DNA of 64,000 bases, from assembly GCF_018977255.1 (NCBI RefSeq), contig NW_024704742.1:100628001-100692000 (forward strand), read 5' to 3'. The position numbers and the translations under genes were made by a program. Each line of letters opens with the position of its first letter. The first letter of the stretch is position 1. The notes under the pieces are model-generated. The model saw only the letters and a program-made list of their open reading frames with translations. It was not told the DNA's origin and did no database searches. Origin of the DNA: Callorhinchus milii (taxonomy: Eukaryota). Of this stretch, positions 37,984 to 51,647 are shown in pieces.

Positions 37984-39931
37984 ACACAATATGTGACCAA
38001 TGTAATGCATTGTACATCAGAGCAAACTGTTTTAAAAATGGTGTAGCTACAAGTGCTGTCATGTTGCCCCGAGCTTCAAGATGTTTATGTGGCAGATGGA
38101 CTACTGTAGGGCTTATGTGACAGTTGGATCCAGCTGCATGCTAATTCCTCAGTTATGCATTTTGATATTTGGGATGAAAAACTGCTGTGTTCCTGGCACC
38201 TCTCATTGTAAAATGCCTTACAGTGTGAAAACTGTGTTTTCTGCAGGGAAGGAATGTCATTCAACATGTGAGCCTTTTCTCCCCTGATGCGATCTCTGGT
38301 CACAGTGAGGTCTTGCGAGTTGGCAGGACGTACAGGAGATTCCCACAGAAAATAGAGTTTACATTCTGCAGTGGTTTTTCCAGTGCCTTTGTTTAGCATT
38401 TCACACACTTCCTCAATCCCAATTGTCATTTTCCTTGACAACATTGATAATATTATAGAATATATACAGCACAGTAAGAGGCCATTCAGCCCCTTATGTC
38501 CGTGCTGTTGTTGCTTTCCCACTGGAGCTCCCTAATTCCATTCCCCTGCTCTGTCCCTACACTCACGAACTTTATCTTCATTTAATTTCACATGCTCTTT
38601 CTGACTCAGCTATGCCAGCCATTGAATATCATTCCATTATCTAACAAGCCTCTGTGGGTATAAAAAAATGCTTCCATCTTCTAACCTCCCATTTCATGTT
38701 CTGGGAAATGCCTGTGACATTTTCAGTCTTGTCTCCAATGACTTTGCTTGTGGATAGCACAATACTTTGGTTTTGCACTTTGTCTTTTCAGTGCAGATAC
38801 TGAGCTCAATAAACTTGATACTTTAGCCGTGTTTTTTTTGTAGATCTTCAATATTTTTTTCTATTGTTGCCATCAGGAGACTCCGACGCTGAGGAAGATA
38901 TCAATTACCTTCTCGTTACATTTCATCAAATGCTTCATAGCTAAAGTGATCTAACATTCTTTTTCCAAGTATTCAGTCAATATTGAAAGACCATAATAGT
39001 GGAAACCACACACAAGCCTGTATCACACACAGCTGTCTCCAGAATCACCACACAGGAACATGCTTTCCCATTTGTTACACAACATCTTGTGTTTTCCATG
39101 ATCCTTATTTTTTGTGGCTACTCAATAGGCTCTTTAACTTTGTTGGATTTCTGTATGAGACAAGATTGTTTTAGTCAAGGATGTGATTTTTCTTAGTATA
39201 ACATATTTCGATAGATTTTTGATAGGTAAGGGTATCAAGGAATATGGAACAAAGGCAGGAAAATGGAGTTGAGGTACAGATCAGCCATCATCTACTAGAA
39301 TGGCAGAACAAGCTCAAAAGGCTGAATGGCCTACTCCTGTTCCTCTGTTCCTTTTTTCTTTACTAGGCCACCGCACTTGAGGAGTTGTTCACGTTCAGTA
39401 TCTTACGCAAAAACAGACCACAGTGATACTGGATAATTTTGTTTTTAATGTGGGGGAATACTTAGCCTCTGCTTCCCTTTTGCTCATGGTGGGCAAATGA
39501 GGTCAGGAAATTATTGTGTGCAATAATTATTATGTAGACAAGTATCCTAGCATGCAGTGGGATTGTGCATTGGATACCAGCATGAATCTAGCACACCCAC
39601 AAAAAATTTAAACACTTCTGGGTTGGTTACACAAAGCATCATATCTCCAGTGTAAAGTGACGGTCTAATCCAAAACAAAAAGAACAATAATCCATGTGGT
39701 GCGGGCTGGCATGAGGAAACTGGGGTTCCTTGGAGAAGAAATATAATCCATCCTGAGGGACTTTTTCTTGCATTGAGTTGCCATTTATTGAAGTCTTTGA
39801 AGCCATGTCCACTGTATCATAATTTTGACTTGTGAATCACATTCTTCTGATTAGCATGATACTGGCTACTTCTAATTTGTTTAGTAAACAGCTGGTACCC
39901 TATCATCGGGGGCTTGCAATGGGATAAATAT

Positions 39932-40251
39932 AATAATAATAATAATAATCCTTGCATTTGATATAGCGCTTTTCACGTCGGGAGGACATCCCAAAGCACT
40001 TCACAGAATATACTGTAAAGTGAATTGACTGTATATTTGTGGGCAAGCGCGGCAGCCAATTGCGCACAGCAATGTCCCACAAACAGTCGTAGATTGTAAA
40101 AGACCAATTTATTATTGTTTGGGGTTTTTGGAGGGATTTTTATTAGGCGTGTGGAGTAAGGAAACTTGCCCAAGGTTTCGCCCTGCCTGGAATTGAACTC
40201 AGGTCTCTCACTTGCAAAGCGAGTGCTCTAACCACTGAGCGACAGGACTCC
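39932..40251 (-). mobile_element. Young tRNA-derived SINE, short subfamily
   Basis: Reverse complement of the family. Confidence 0.9.
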
Positions 40252-40900
40252 ACAATATGAAACATACCCCCACTAAATTGACCTAATTGTACACTGGAAC
40301 AATATTCTCCCTCTATAACTGGAGCGTGATCCGCACTGGAGCCTTGCTCATGACACCAGCTGAAAGAACAATAAGATTCATGCCCAAACAGTATCAATGT
40401 ACCAGGCTCACTACCCTGAGGGCACTTCAAATCTCTTGAGCTGTCTCTTCGACAGCCTGGAATTTTAGTGATGGGTTTTGACTTTATTAAAGACTCAATT
40501 GTAAGAAGGACTCCTTATAAATGCTAAGAAAACATGTAGCTTTGGTGTTCATATACCAAGGAATTTGTGCTGAGAACGCAAAAACTATATTATTTTCAGC
40601 CCAATTCAAATGACACAGAGCCAACAAGGTAAACCTGACTTCCTGTTCCATATCACTGTGCTGTTAGGAGGGAATTTGTTTCATCCCTGAGAGTATAACT
40701 GTAGCAAATGATTCTTACCTCAGCTCTGTTCTTCGTCAAAGGAGACTAGGCTATGACTTGGCACTTAATCCAGCCATGAAAAGCGTAACCAGAAAATAGC
40801 ACACAGAAATCCCATTAACACCCTTTTTTCTTCAACAAGATACTGAGACAGCATGTGTGAGATTCCCCTGCAGCAATCATTGGGGATAAATTCTACCTAC

Positions 40901-41063
40901 CAATCTGAGGTGAGGACCTTGCAGTAAACGTTTCCTCTGTTGGGTCTTCATGCTCATCTTCATCCCCATTCAAAGTAGCATGCGAGACAGCTCTGGCTTG
41001 TTCTTCAATAATCTCATCTAGATCTGCATAGTCACTAATTTCACCTGAATCACCCGCATCAGA
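40901..41063 (-). CDS. FAM186-like gene, acidic exon
   Basis: tttgttcaaatcgcag|SDAGDSGEISDYADLDEIIEEQARAVS...SSPQI|gtaggt, phase 0 to 1. Confidence 0.75.
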
Positions 41064-41319
41064 CTGCGATTTGAACAAACAAAACAAAAACATTTCACCA
41101 GTAAGGGAAGATTAATCTTCAAATACGCAGTCATTACACTTCACAGTAAAACCCTGTGAAGTGCTTGAGATGTCAATCACATGATAAAGTACTATATCAA
41201 ATGCAAGGATTATTATATCAATAACTATAAAAATATAATCTACATTGACACTCAGGCCACATACAGTAAAAGTTCTGTAGTGCACAGACAATTCAGCAGA
41301 TAGCAGGATTCAAAGTTAT

Positions 41320-41750
41320 AATAATAATTCTTAGATTTGGTATAATGCCTTTTATGTCAGAAATACATCCCAAAATGCTTCACAAGTTATACTGTAAAGT
41401 GGAATGATTGTGTGTTTTTGTGGGCAAATGCAGCAGCCAATTTTGCGCACAGAAACAGTCATGAAGTGAATGACCAATTTTATTTTGGGGCATTGTTGAC
41501 AAGAACAGTGGACGATTCTCCTTCTCTTTTCAAATAGTTCCATGGGATCTTTAAAGTTCAACTGAACAGGCAGACAGGCCTCAGTTTAATGTCTATTCTG
41601 AACAGTGGCACCTCCAATAATGCAGCACACTTCCAGGACTGCATTGAAGCATCAGGTTAGACTCTACGAATTCTAAGTCCCAACATGGATCTTGAACCCA
41701 CAACCTTCTGCTCCGAGGCGAGAGTGCTACCAACTGAGTCAGGTTGACAA
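41320..41750 (-). mobile_element. Old Deu-domain SINE, near full length
   Basis: Same diagnostic motifs plus head GAACCCACAACCTTCTG..GAGAGTGCTACCAACTGAG. Confidence 0.8.
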
Positions 41751-41949
41751 GTTGTATCTGTAAGGCTTAGAATTTAATCAAATGGTAACTTTACCCACTG
41801 GGCCATTGTAGAACTCATCAGGAATATTTTAAACTGCAGAAATTACTCCCCCATGGCCTCTACATAATGGTGCCTCCTGAGGGAATGCTCACATTGAAAA
41901 CACTACCCTGGTGGTAATAATCAGCTTTGAGTGTAACAGAAGAGGATAC

Positions 41950-42048
41950 CTTGTGAATTAAGTCAGTGTTCTCTAATGCTGCACTGAATTTCTGTTTCAG
42001 TTGAAGTTGATTTTCTAAAGGTTGATTTTCCAAACCATCAGAGCACAG
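41950..42048 (-). CDS. Possible exon of the FAM186-like gene
   Basis: caccag|LCSDGLENQPLENQLQLKQKFSAALENTDLIHK|gtatcc, 99 bp, phase 0; weak splice sites. Confidence 0.35.
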
Positions 42049-44931
42049 CTGGTGAATGTTCCAATTGTAAATTATTTAAGATGTTCTATTTTATTGAAGT
42101 TTACAAGGCATTAAAACCTTAACAACAACAACATAACAATTATTTTAAGAATTGCAGACAGATGACTTCAATGTTAAAACTGAATAAACTATTTGGCAAA
42201 TTCTGGACACTAAAATTTTACAGAAAATCAAAACGAAGGTGAAATTTCTCCCCAGTGTGTTGTCACACTCTTACACTGCATCAGTGTGAATGTTTCCATA
42301 TCCCACACCAGCCATCCCTTGGATTATCAATCTAAAATCACTTTCTGCTCTGTGTGAGGAGCCATGCATACTAAGAAGTAGGTTAGGCTTAGTTCAAGTG
42401 TATTTCAGAACCTTACAGCCATCAGTCATCGCTGGATTGAAACACATTCCAGAGGTCAAAAGTGAACGTTCCAATCCAGTGCACCACAAGGTATCTAAGT
42501 ATATACTACACTTGTTACGTAGACACTCAGAAGAAGTATCCTGTACATGTATTTTTTAAAAATTAACTCTTCCCCTTGTTCATGCTAATGGACACCATGC
42601 ATCGCAATTCAGTGGTCTATCCACAATACAGTCAAGTACGAGTAATGGCAACAATTCACATCTTTGCAATTGCTGGCCTGTTAATTGTTCATCTAAATGG
42701 CTGAATTTAACACCTTATTATTGACAAACCATCAGAGGACAGTTGGTGTATGTGTCAAGTTTAAATTATTTAAGCTGTTTAAACTGTTCTATCCTATTAC
42801 AAGGCATTAAAATCTTAACAACAACAATGTACATTTATACGGTGCCCTTCATATTGGGAGGATGTCCCAAGGCCCTGAACAACTTGCATTTGCATTTAAC
42901 GTTTAATATTACAGATTTTGCAGAATACCCTTTATAGTGCAACTTCACTAGATAGCAGTTTAATGCAATTAAGTCAGGGACAACAATCAAGACCCACTGC
43001 CTGGAATCCAAACTGGGGGCAGAACATTTTGGAATCCTCTTTGGTTTCAAAATTGTGACAGAATTTTAAAAAGGCTATCTGTGCTACACTTTTCCTCATT
43101 GGACATTCACTGCCTGGCTGTTTGAGGGAAGTTGCTATGCTAAAATTAGATGCTGCTTTCACCTACAGATACACAGTCACTACACTTTACAGAAACTCTC
43201 TATGAAGCACTTTGCGATTTTTCAGCATTATAGTCAATATATCAAATGCAAAGATTATTATTATTTATTGTTAGAATAAAAGGCAACCTTCCAGTTGATA
43301 GACTGGAAAGTGAGGTTCAGGCTCCGACAGTCAATCAGGCTGCTTTTTCCTGCTGGTCCTGTGGAGGGGTTGGGGGAGGATCTAAACAGGCTGTTCAATC
43401 AGGTGAAAACCTTTGCATCCAATCCCTAATACAGTACAGATATGAGCAGGCTTGCAAATTATGTCATTTTTATTGCCTATAAGCAGCAGTCCTAACATGG
43501 TCTGAATGTTGACAGCTCTGGATCACACAATAAATGTAATTTTGCACAGACCCACAAGCAACATTTGACAATGTACCTGTCAAACTCCTTCCAAGTGACA
43601 TTAATGATAAATCACAGTGGAACTGCTCTGTGTGCTACCATCGTTACCATTGCTGGACATATCAGCAGCAAATGCTTTGAGCATAGTAGCACTGCAACAG
43701 GAGCTTCCAGCTCGAACCAATAAATCAACAGCCTAAGGGTTTTAAAAAGATCAAGAGGACGCTGGTAGATAAAGCTAAAATTTAATAATCATCTTCCTTT
43801 ATGTTCTTTCTTTCACATCATTCTCCAGTTGAAAGGGCACCTGAATAATCTGAGCTGCAGCTTGCTCCACAGTCTTCAAGCACAAGACAAAGTTTAAGCA
43901 CAGAGAAATGGGCACTGCCATGCTTTTCTTCTCCTGACATGAAACAGCCTTTTCCTGCATAGGTCCATGGCCTGAAGATTTGGCAAAACCAGATTGAACT
44001 GATCCAACTGAGACATGGAGATTGGAGGAGCAAGTGGCTGGATTGGAGATTGTGGGTTAATTGGATAGATTTCATTTTGCGCAGAAACTTCCAAGTTTGA
44101 ATAAAGCAATATTAAGCAGGCGCACAAAAAATTCCACGTATACAGTATCTCAGGAGTTTAATGTGGACAATTTAATTGTTTTGCCTTTTAAGAGTGAACA
44201 GATCTTCACTGGAAACTTGCTGGTTCAGCAAATGGCATTAATATGGACTATTTCTTGTGAAATTCTTCAATGATGAAACTGCTGATGCATCTTGAGGATT
44301 TGATGAAAGTCTGATCTGGTGCTAACAACTTCAACAGTAGGGTTCCCATGGGTTGACCTGATGTACATGATGTACAATCAGTTACTTGGAAGGAATCGGC
44401 ATTTGGATTGCTTATTACAAAATCCCAACAGGAATCACTGCAGGTCGAACAGTACCAGGACTGATAGGGCATTGGTTTATTCCCAGGCATGATTAATTCT
44501 TCTTCCCAGTCAGATCCTAAAGATGAAGAGCAGACCAAAGGGAAGGGAATAATACTGCACACTACTTCTAGACAAACTATTTCTAGAAGACCTGCAAGAT
44601 GATTAAAAATAGCCTTATAAACCGAGGAAAGCTAAACTTGAACAGGTCTTTCACACAAAAACAAATAAGGCAGATTACATCTCATCTGAAGCTAGTTTCC
44701 TTTTTCATCCATCCTTCAGAAGAGACGTTAATCTTCAGTCCTGGTTGCTTATTCTTCAGGTAACCGTGGAACATCAAATAGCACTATCAAATAGTGTCCC
44801 TATGTCAAGGCCAATAATCTTCCAATTAAAATTGTTTTTTCAACGCCTGGTTGTTGATTGGACCTCGCTGTGTACAATATGACTGCTGTTTGTCTATAAA
44901 ATCAGCCACTACACTTGACAGTAATAGCTTT

Positions 44932-45090
44932 ATAATAATCCTTGCATTTGATATAGCGCTTTTCACGTCGGGAGGACGTCCCAAAGTGCTTCTCAGAACA
45001 CACTATAAAGTGAATTGACGGTATATTTGTGGGCGAACGTGGCAGCCAATTGCGCACAGCAATGTCCCACAAACAGTCGTGGATTGAAAA
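44932..45090 (-). mobile_element. 5'-truncated young SINE
   Basis: 3' half only. Confidence 0.85.
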
Positions 45091-45199
45091 CCTTTAAGAA
45101 GGTTTGGCATGTTTTGACATGATAAGTCACTGTAGAAATGCAAGTTCTTTTTTCTTCTTTCTTTTATTGCACATAGCAAATAACTTCTTTCTGTGTATG

Positions 45200-45590
45200 T
45201 GCCTGACTCAGCTGCTAGCACTCTTGTCTCTGAGTCAGAAGGTCGTGGGTTCAAGTGCCACATTGTGACTTTGAGCTCATAGTCTAGGCAGAAACTCTAG
45301 TACAATGTTACATTTGTCAGAAATGCTGATCTTTGATTGAGACATTCAGCCAAGATCTCATGTGCCTGTTCAGGTGGATGTTAAAGATCCCATGGCACGA
45401 TTCGAAAAGAAATGGGAGTTTCTCCTGGTGTCTTGGCCTGCAATTCCCCCACATAAAATTGGTCATTTACTATTTGTGGGACATTGCTGTGCTTAAATTG
45501 GCTTCTGCATTCACCTACACAATTGTAGTCAATCCACTTTACAATATATCCTGTGAAGTATTTGAGATGAGGACAACATCATGCAAGTAA
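45200..45590 (+). mobile_element. Old Deu-domain SINE
   Basis: TCTGAGTCAGAAGGTCGTGGGTTCAAGT, CAGGTGGATGTTAAAGATCCCATGGCAC. Further decayed copies at ~5505-5770, 28560-28820, 60865-61180 and 63550-63906. Confidence 0.8.
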
Positions 45591-45964
45591 AGATTAGTAT
45601 TACATAAAATAAAATACTTCTTTCACCTATTCTCTAATTTAATTTTTTTTAAGGTTAAATATAAAATTTACAAGCGAGACAATGACATGAAGTTAATGGA
45701 GATACTGATGTTCTCTGTATAAAAGTCACACATTCCTACCAGGTGAAATGATACAATTTCCAGATTTTCCCAACGTCAGTGTCACACAATTTAATATTAT
45801 TAACCGCCCAGTTAGCCGGGAGTGTACTTGTACAGTTTCTCCCAGGCTTTTGGCTGGATAACATAGAACTGAAATGCATCTTACGTTCTCTCTGGGGCCA
45901 ACTAGATGTTACTCGGCTTTAAAAGATAAAGGAGAAAAATGACAAGAAGACGAGTGTTCATTAC

Positions 45965-46042
45965 CTTGACAGTGTGCAATGACTGCACTGATTCGTCATC
46001 TGCCAAAGAGTGTACACTGGCTTCTGTCTCATCTGGGGACCT
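45965..46042 (-). CDS. FAM186-like gene, exon
   Basis: gtacag|...AAG|gtaatg, 78 bp, phase 0, RSPDETEASVHSLADDESVQSLHTVK. Confidence 0.7.
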
Positions 46043-46768
46043 CTGTACACAAAGTGATTGATCATATTAACTCAAAATATCCATCCCACCCAGATCATTT
46101 ACCCAAAGTAGCTTGTTAGTTCAGTACAGAAATTATTATTCTGACAGAAATGCATGACATATTAAAACTCCTATTAAAACAGCAAGTTAGCAATGAGCAG
46201 AATTTGACCTTAAGGGAAATCTGCACCCATCATGTAAACTGATCCTCAATTACGGTTTGCTACAACTATCCCCTCGGGAGAAGTCGTCCTGAAATATTTT
46301 CTCCATGTAATGTATTGCTGAATGCATCTACCGCCAGTGAGGCTGGAGACAATCTGATGTTCAAGCACATGATCATAAATATTTTTGAATAACCATTGAT
46401 TTGTGTTAAATCTACAAAGAAAGTCAATTTAAAAAGCATTAGAAAGTGCCATTCCAATGAATCACGCTTCCATTTCTGATGTACACTTCCACAATTTTAT
46501 GCTGCCGTAAATAACAGATGTCATCAAGATTAGATTTGTTTCAAGCTGCCTGTCATTATTATTTTACCTCATGGTTATCAAAAAAAAACACATGTAAAAA
46601 ACACGATACTGTGCAGCAGTTGACTGTTGAGAATCTCAGGTGATGTAACAACAAAGACTCTTAAGTTTAAAATCAGCTGTTGTGAAGAAGCAACAATATA
46701 ATCTGTAAGAAACAACTGTATCTTTACCATTTAAAGAAAGGCCTCTTTAGATAAATGTTGCCACGTAC

Positions 46769-46885
46769 CAAAATCTTATGCCCTTGGCTGAGATCCCTTT
46801 GCAGCTTCAGAATGTCTTTGCTGATGTCCGTGGGCACTGGAAGTCTCCGCAGCTCTTCAAGTTGTTCAATAAGGGCATTTCTTTC
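46769..46885 (-). CDS. FAM186-like gene, coiled-coil exon
   Basis: gttgcag|...TTG|gtacgt, 117 bp, phase 0, ERNALIEQLEELRRLPVPTDISKDILKLQRDLSQGHKIL. Confidence 0.8.
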
Positions 46886-47680
46886 CTGCAACATAGAAAT
46901 GCCCCGTTCAGTCTTATAGAAATCTACACAGTACCACTACAGTCTCGACAGAGGTTGGCAACTCTACCAGCAAGTGTCTTTGAGTAATTATTCTTTATGA
47001 ACCCATGTCCCATTTCTGTGCAGCATATGCCCTGGTCAATGCATTGTAGGCGGGACATTGGTAGTTACCGATCTTTGACAGTATAAACATAAAATGGGAA
47101 TTTCCCATTACTGTATAAATGTACACCTCCATTTGTTTAGCAACAATAACAACTTGCATTTATATAGTGCCCCTCACACAGAATAGCGCCCCAAAGGGCT
47201 TGACAATGGTGGAGCACGACGCCTTATCTCTTCACTGAGACATCTCAAGGAGCTTCACAGGATATACTGTAAAGTGATGTGACTGTATGTATTTTGTGGG
47301 CCAACATGGCACCTAATTTGCGCACAGCAATGTCCCACAAACAGCCAAGGAATGAATGATCAATTGCAATACAATACAAATTTACATTTATATTGCACTT
47401 TTCACATCAGGAAGGACAATCCAGGGTGCTTCTTAGAATTTAATGCAAGATGTAGTGACTGTGTTTTGTTGGTGAACATGGCAGCCAATATGCACATGGC
47501 ATCACCCCACAAACAATTATGAAGTGAATGACTAATTCCATTTGAAGGATTGTTAGCCAGGACACTGTTTTCCTTTTAAACAGTGCGATGGAAACTTTAA
47601 CATCCACTTGATCAAATAGATGAGACCTGTTTAATGTCTCATCCGAAGGACGATACCTCCAGCAAAGCAGCTCTCCCCAG

Positions 47681-48018
47681 TAATAATAATAATAATAATA
47701 ATAATAATCCTTGCATTTGATATAGCGCTTTTCACGTCGGGAGGACGTCCCAAAGCGCTTCACAGAACACACTGTAAAGTGAATTGACTGTATATTTGTG
47801 GGCGAACGCGGCAGCCAATTGCGCACAGCAATGTCCCACAAACAGTCGTAGATTGAAAATGACCAATTTAATTATTGTTTTTTTTTAGTTTCGGAGGGAT
47901 TATTATTAGGCTCTGTGTGGAGTAAGGAAACTTGCCCAAGGTTTCGCTCTCTGCCTGGAATTGAACTCAGGTCTCTCACTTGCAAAGCGAGTGCTCTAAC
48001 CACTGAGCTACAGGACTC
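47681..48018 (-). mobile_element. Young tRNA-derived SINE nested in an older Deu-SINE (~47385-48135)
   Basis: Full copy; the host SINE resumes on both sides. Confidence 0.9.
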
Positions 48019-49409
48019 CACAAAAGTACTATTTTGGAGTGTCAACCTAGACTGTGAGTTCAAAGTCTTGACATGGGGCTTGAATCCGCAACCTTCTGAC
48101 TCAGAGGCAAGAGTATTACCAACTGAGCAAGGCTAATGTTTCAAGAGTCAAAGAGATAAATCACCTCAAAAGCTTTTGCCCATCCCGAATTTTAAAATCA
48201 AATATTTGCCAGCTCGCACCTCCCTAAATCTGCAACCTTTAGATACAACCAGAAGCTTGATTTACGAGGAGAGAAAAATCATCAACCTTCATCAGTTTCA
48301 TAAAAGGAAAACCCACGTAGTCAGCATGACCCTGTATTTCTCTTTCTTTTTCCCCTTTTGCAAAGTAAATCATTGGAGAAAGAAATAAAATGTTTGTGGT
48401 TTCTGCAAAAAATGTTTGTGGTTTCTGCAAAAAGAAAATATCTCTCCAATTGGATATTTTCAAAAATATGTCAAATGTAGCTCTATCTGAAGTCAGTGAT
48501 CACACTGCCTTATACAGCCTTACAGTTAATAATTTACAGTAGGTATTACAACTGTCACATTCCTTCTACAAACTTCATGTTTGACAAATTAGTGACAACA
48601 GACCCTGATCTGACCCAGAAATTGTACAAGAAAATATAACATGAAATTCAGTTATTCACAATCGGGAAGCTCTATCAATACACTACATCTGAACTTATCT
48701 TAGCATAAGTACTATTTGTGTCTAAGACTACATAACAGCAAGGAAGTTACTTTGTGCCCTGTGCACATTGAGAAAGCCTGCTATAAATTTAACTGCATGG
48801 TTTAGAATAGTGTACATCAGCAATTCAGAGATAATGTGAAGTAAAACATGAGCTCCCACATTGCATTCTAGATCTGCCTTGGAGGTAAAACTGGTCTGAC
48901 TTCTGATTCAGCTCAGACAAAACAAAGATCTAAGTTATCAGAACTCCCTCCCTCAATGTCTTCTGTCTCATCCCCTCTCTATCTGTTGCCTTAAAACCTA
49001 TCTCTTTAACCACGTATATAGTCTGCTCCGATTCCCCTCTCTCCTGCTCGGCATCCATCCTGTCACTGTGACTTCTATGATTCTATATGAAGAGGGCTCT
49101 ATGCTGTAAATGCAACCTGTTTTAAAATTCCAGCTAGCTTTTTACCGTCAGCTAAGAAAAATACTTGGCCAGGGATTGCAGATTTGGACTGATGGTTAGC
49201 AGGATATCAGTTTAACTGAATAACAAAAATGAGAGTAAAACCATATACTGGCTTGTGAATTGTGGCAATCTAATGCCACAATTCACAAACCAGAAGATCA
49301 ATACAGCTGGCTTCTCACACATGGCCATTGAGAGGGTTGTGTGTGTGTGGGTGTGTATGAGAGAGATGGGGGAGGAGTAAGGGGGGCAAGGTGCACTTCC
49401 AAATACTAG

Positions 49410-49655
49410 TCTGGGGTGGGCGGGGGGGGGTCTTCTTAGAGCTAAACCAGCTCCAAGATGCCAACCTGCACCTAATACTGTCCAGAATTAGGTAAGCAGG
49501 ATATGAGGAGCGAGTGTGTGTCCCATTCCCAGCGAGAGAATTTCCATGCATGGAATGTACAATGCATGGAATTCGCAGTTCGGTTCGCATACTCTTGAGC
49601 ACGTTGATGGTTTTCCGCACGTGTCAGATACCCGGCTGGTGACAAAAAGACACTC
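49410..49655 (+). repeat. Unclassified repeat, internally deleted copy
   Basis: 5' block joined directly to CCAACCTGCA..CCAGAATTAGGTAAGCAG..TTTCCGCACGTGTCAGATACCCGGCTG. Confidence 0.7.
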
Positions 49656-51207
49656 AAGAACCAGTTGTTGCGTTAAACATATGGTTTCTAAATTGACTAT
49701 CAGATGTTAATTAACAGATCGCAAAATTGAAAAATTTACCTCATTATAACCTAAAATCTATCCCGCTGAAAGGTGTTCACCACTGTCCAACATGCTGCAC
49801 TTCTGCAGTAACTCCTCTAAACATTGCCACCTCCTGAATTTTCAATGCATTACAGTCACATATGAGAAACACTTTAAAAAAAGTTGTAATGTGTGCTCAG
49901 TGCTCCACAGAAGATAGTTCATATTTTAGAACAATCTCATTGACCTTAAACAAGAGCATTCAGGAAAGATGAAACACTTCCTGTTATTGATATTGCTATA
50001 ACATACATCCAAAGTAGAGAAATGAACAGATGTGTTTTTATATGCACAGTATTTACAATGTTTAAGTTAAAAGAAGTGACAGGATCAATCTGTCTTTCTT
50101 GAGTTAACAAATGGCAGAGTCATTTGATCTTGTACTGCAATAGACCTGAAGTTAAATAAGTGATGTACTTAGAGGACAAAGCACCATTGCCTTTTCCTCC
50201 CCTGTTTCTGTCAGTGGTAGTTAATGGGGGCCTTGGTTAATGGGGACATTCCTTCATAGGTGACACTCCTTCAGGCATCAATTGATTCCCAATTTATTTA
50301 GAGCGGATACAGATAGATTTTGTTTAATGGGGACAATCTGATAAATGAGACCATTTGATTTTCACAAAGTACTGTATCCCAATTAACAGGCGTCAGGAGT
50401 TACCCAGAACTTTAAGGTTTTATGAAGCTCTCCAATATTTGTCCACAAAACGCTTCACTCTTGTCTATTTGTTTTGTAAGTTATTGCAACTAGTCTATGA
50501 CTGTAGTAACAGTCAACAACAGCACAGCTTTTACAGTTTCATATTTTATTGCAATATTTCCTGCATGCTTATCATTTTTGGATCATGGGCTGTGTGTAGG
50601 AATATTTTTGCCCCGATACAAGTAATGAGATTTCTATTCTTAAGTACAAATAATTATTAGCAGGACATAACTAAAAATATATATAAATCCTGTACGCAAT
50701 TTTGATTCATTTTTCTCGCTTTCATTAGACTCCCTTGAGGGACAGATCATTGCCTAAACAAAAGAGCTGCTAGTCACCAGCTATCACAGGGCTTTGACAG
50801 ACTAGTCTGTCACGGGCTGTTGGAGCTCCAAGCCAAACAGACTTGCTCTCCTGACTTGCTAACCCAATTCTCTTTACCTTTTGCCCACAAGCACACTTTA
50901 TAGTATACCCTATGAAGCACTTTGGGACCCCCTCCTGATATGAAAGGCACTATACCAAATGTAAGGATTATTATTACAAACAATATTCATAATAAACAAA
51001 CATTATTATTATCTTCCAACAACGCAACACAAAGTAAGGAACTTGTGACAATGGAAATGATAGGAATGATATTACATACATATGGCAAATGAGCTATCTA
51101 CAAAACTAATATGAAAATCTGAAAACAGGAGTGAAAGGATAAGCAGGAAAATGGGCCTGAATGGATAATAATATCATTATTGTTATTATTATTGTTCTTT
51201 CAAAGAA

Positions 51208-51405
51208 CCAGTACTGGGGTCCCCAGGCCTTGGCCCTTGCAAAACTGTGCCTAATACTTTCCGGAACTAGATAAGCAGGATGTGTCCCTCCAAGGAGAGA
51301 GTGAGCTTTCCATTCCAATAAATATCCCTGGGATTTTCATGTATAGGTGGGATGTAGGGAATTCTCAGTTTGATTAAGCATGGTGTGTGCTCTTAAGCAT
51401 GGTGT
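51208..51405 (+). repeat. Unclassified repeat, 3' part
   Basis: CTGGGGTCCCCAGGCCTTGGCCCTTGC..GAGAGTGAGCTTTCCATTCC..CTGGGATTTTCATGTATAGGTG. Confidence 0.7.
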
Positions 51406-51530
51406 GTGTTGGAGATCAGAGTTTTAGAATCCCATGACACAGAGCTGTGCTGCCTCATTGGGAGATCTGTCATAAATTATCAGAGTATAAATCTGATTTA
51501 AAATTCTCTGTAAAGAGTGAATGCACTCAC

Positions 51531-51647
51531 TGATTCCCACTCGCTCCTCTTTTCATTGAACTCATCTTGGAGTAGTCTTAATTTCTGATTGTAATTTTCT
51601 CTCAAGTTTGCGACTTCTTTTTGCAGCTCATCCGTCTTAGCAACAGC
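51531..51647 (-). CDS. FAM186-like gene, coiled-coil exon
   Basis: ttgcag|...TCA|gtgagt, 117 bp, phase 0, AVAKTDELQKEVANLRENYNQKLRLLQDEFNEKRSEWES. Confidence 0.8.

Noticed and set aside
43800..44591. ORFs and an acceptor-like site at ~44591
   Set aside because: Phase does not fit the neighbouring exons and the peptide is not recognisable; cannot be excluded without RNA data
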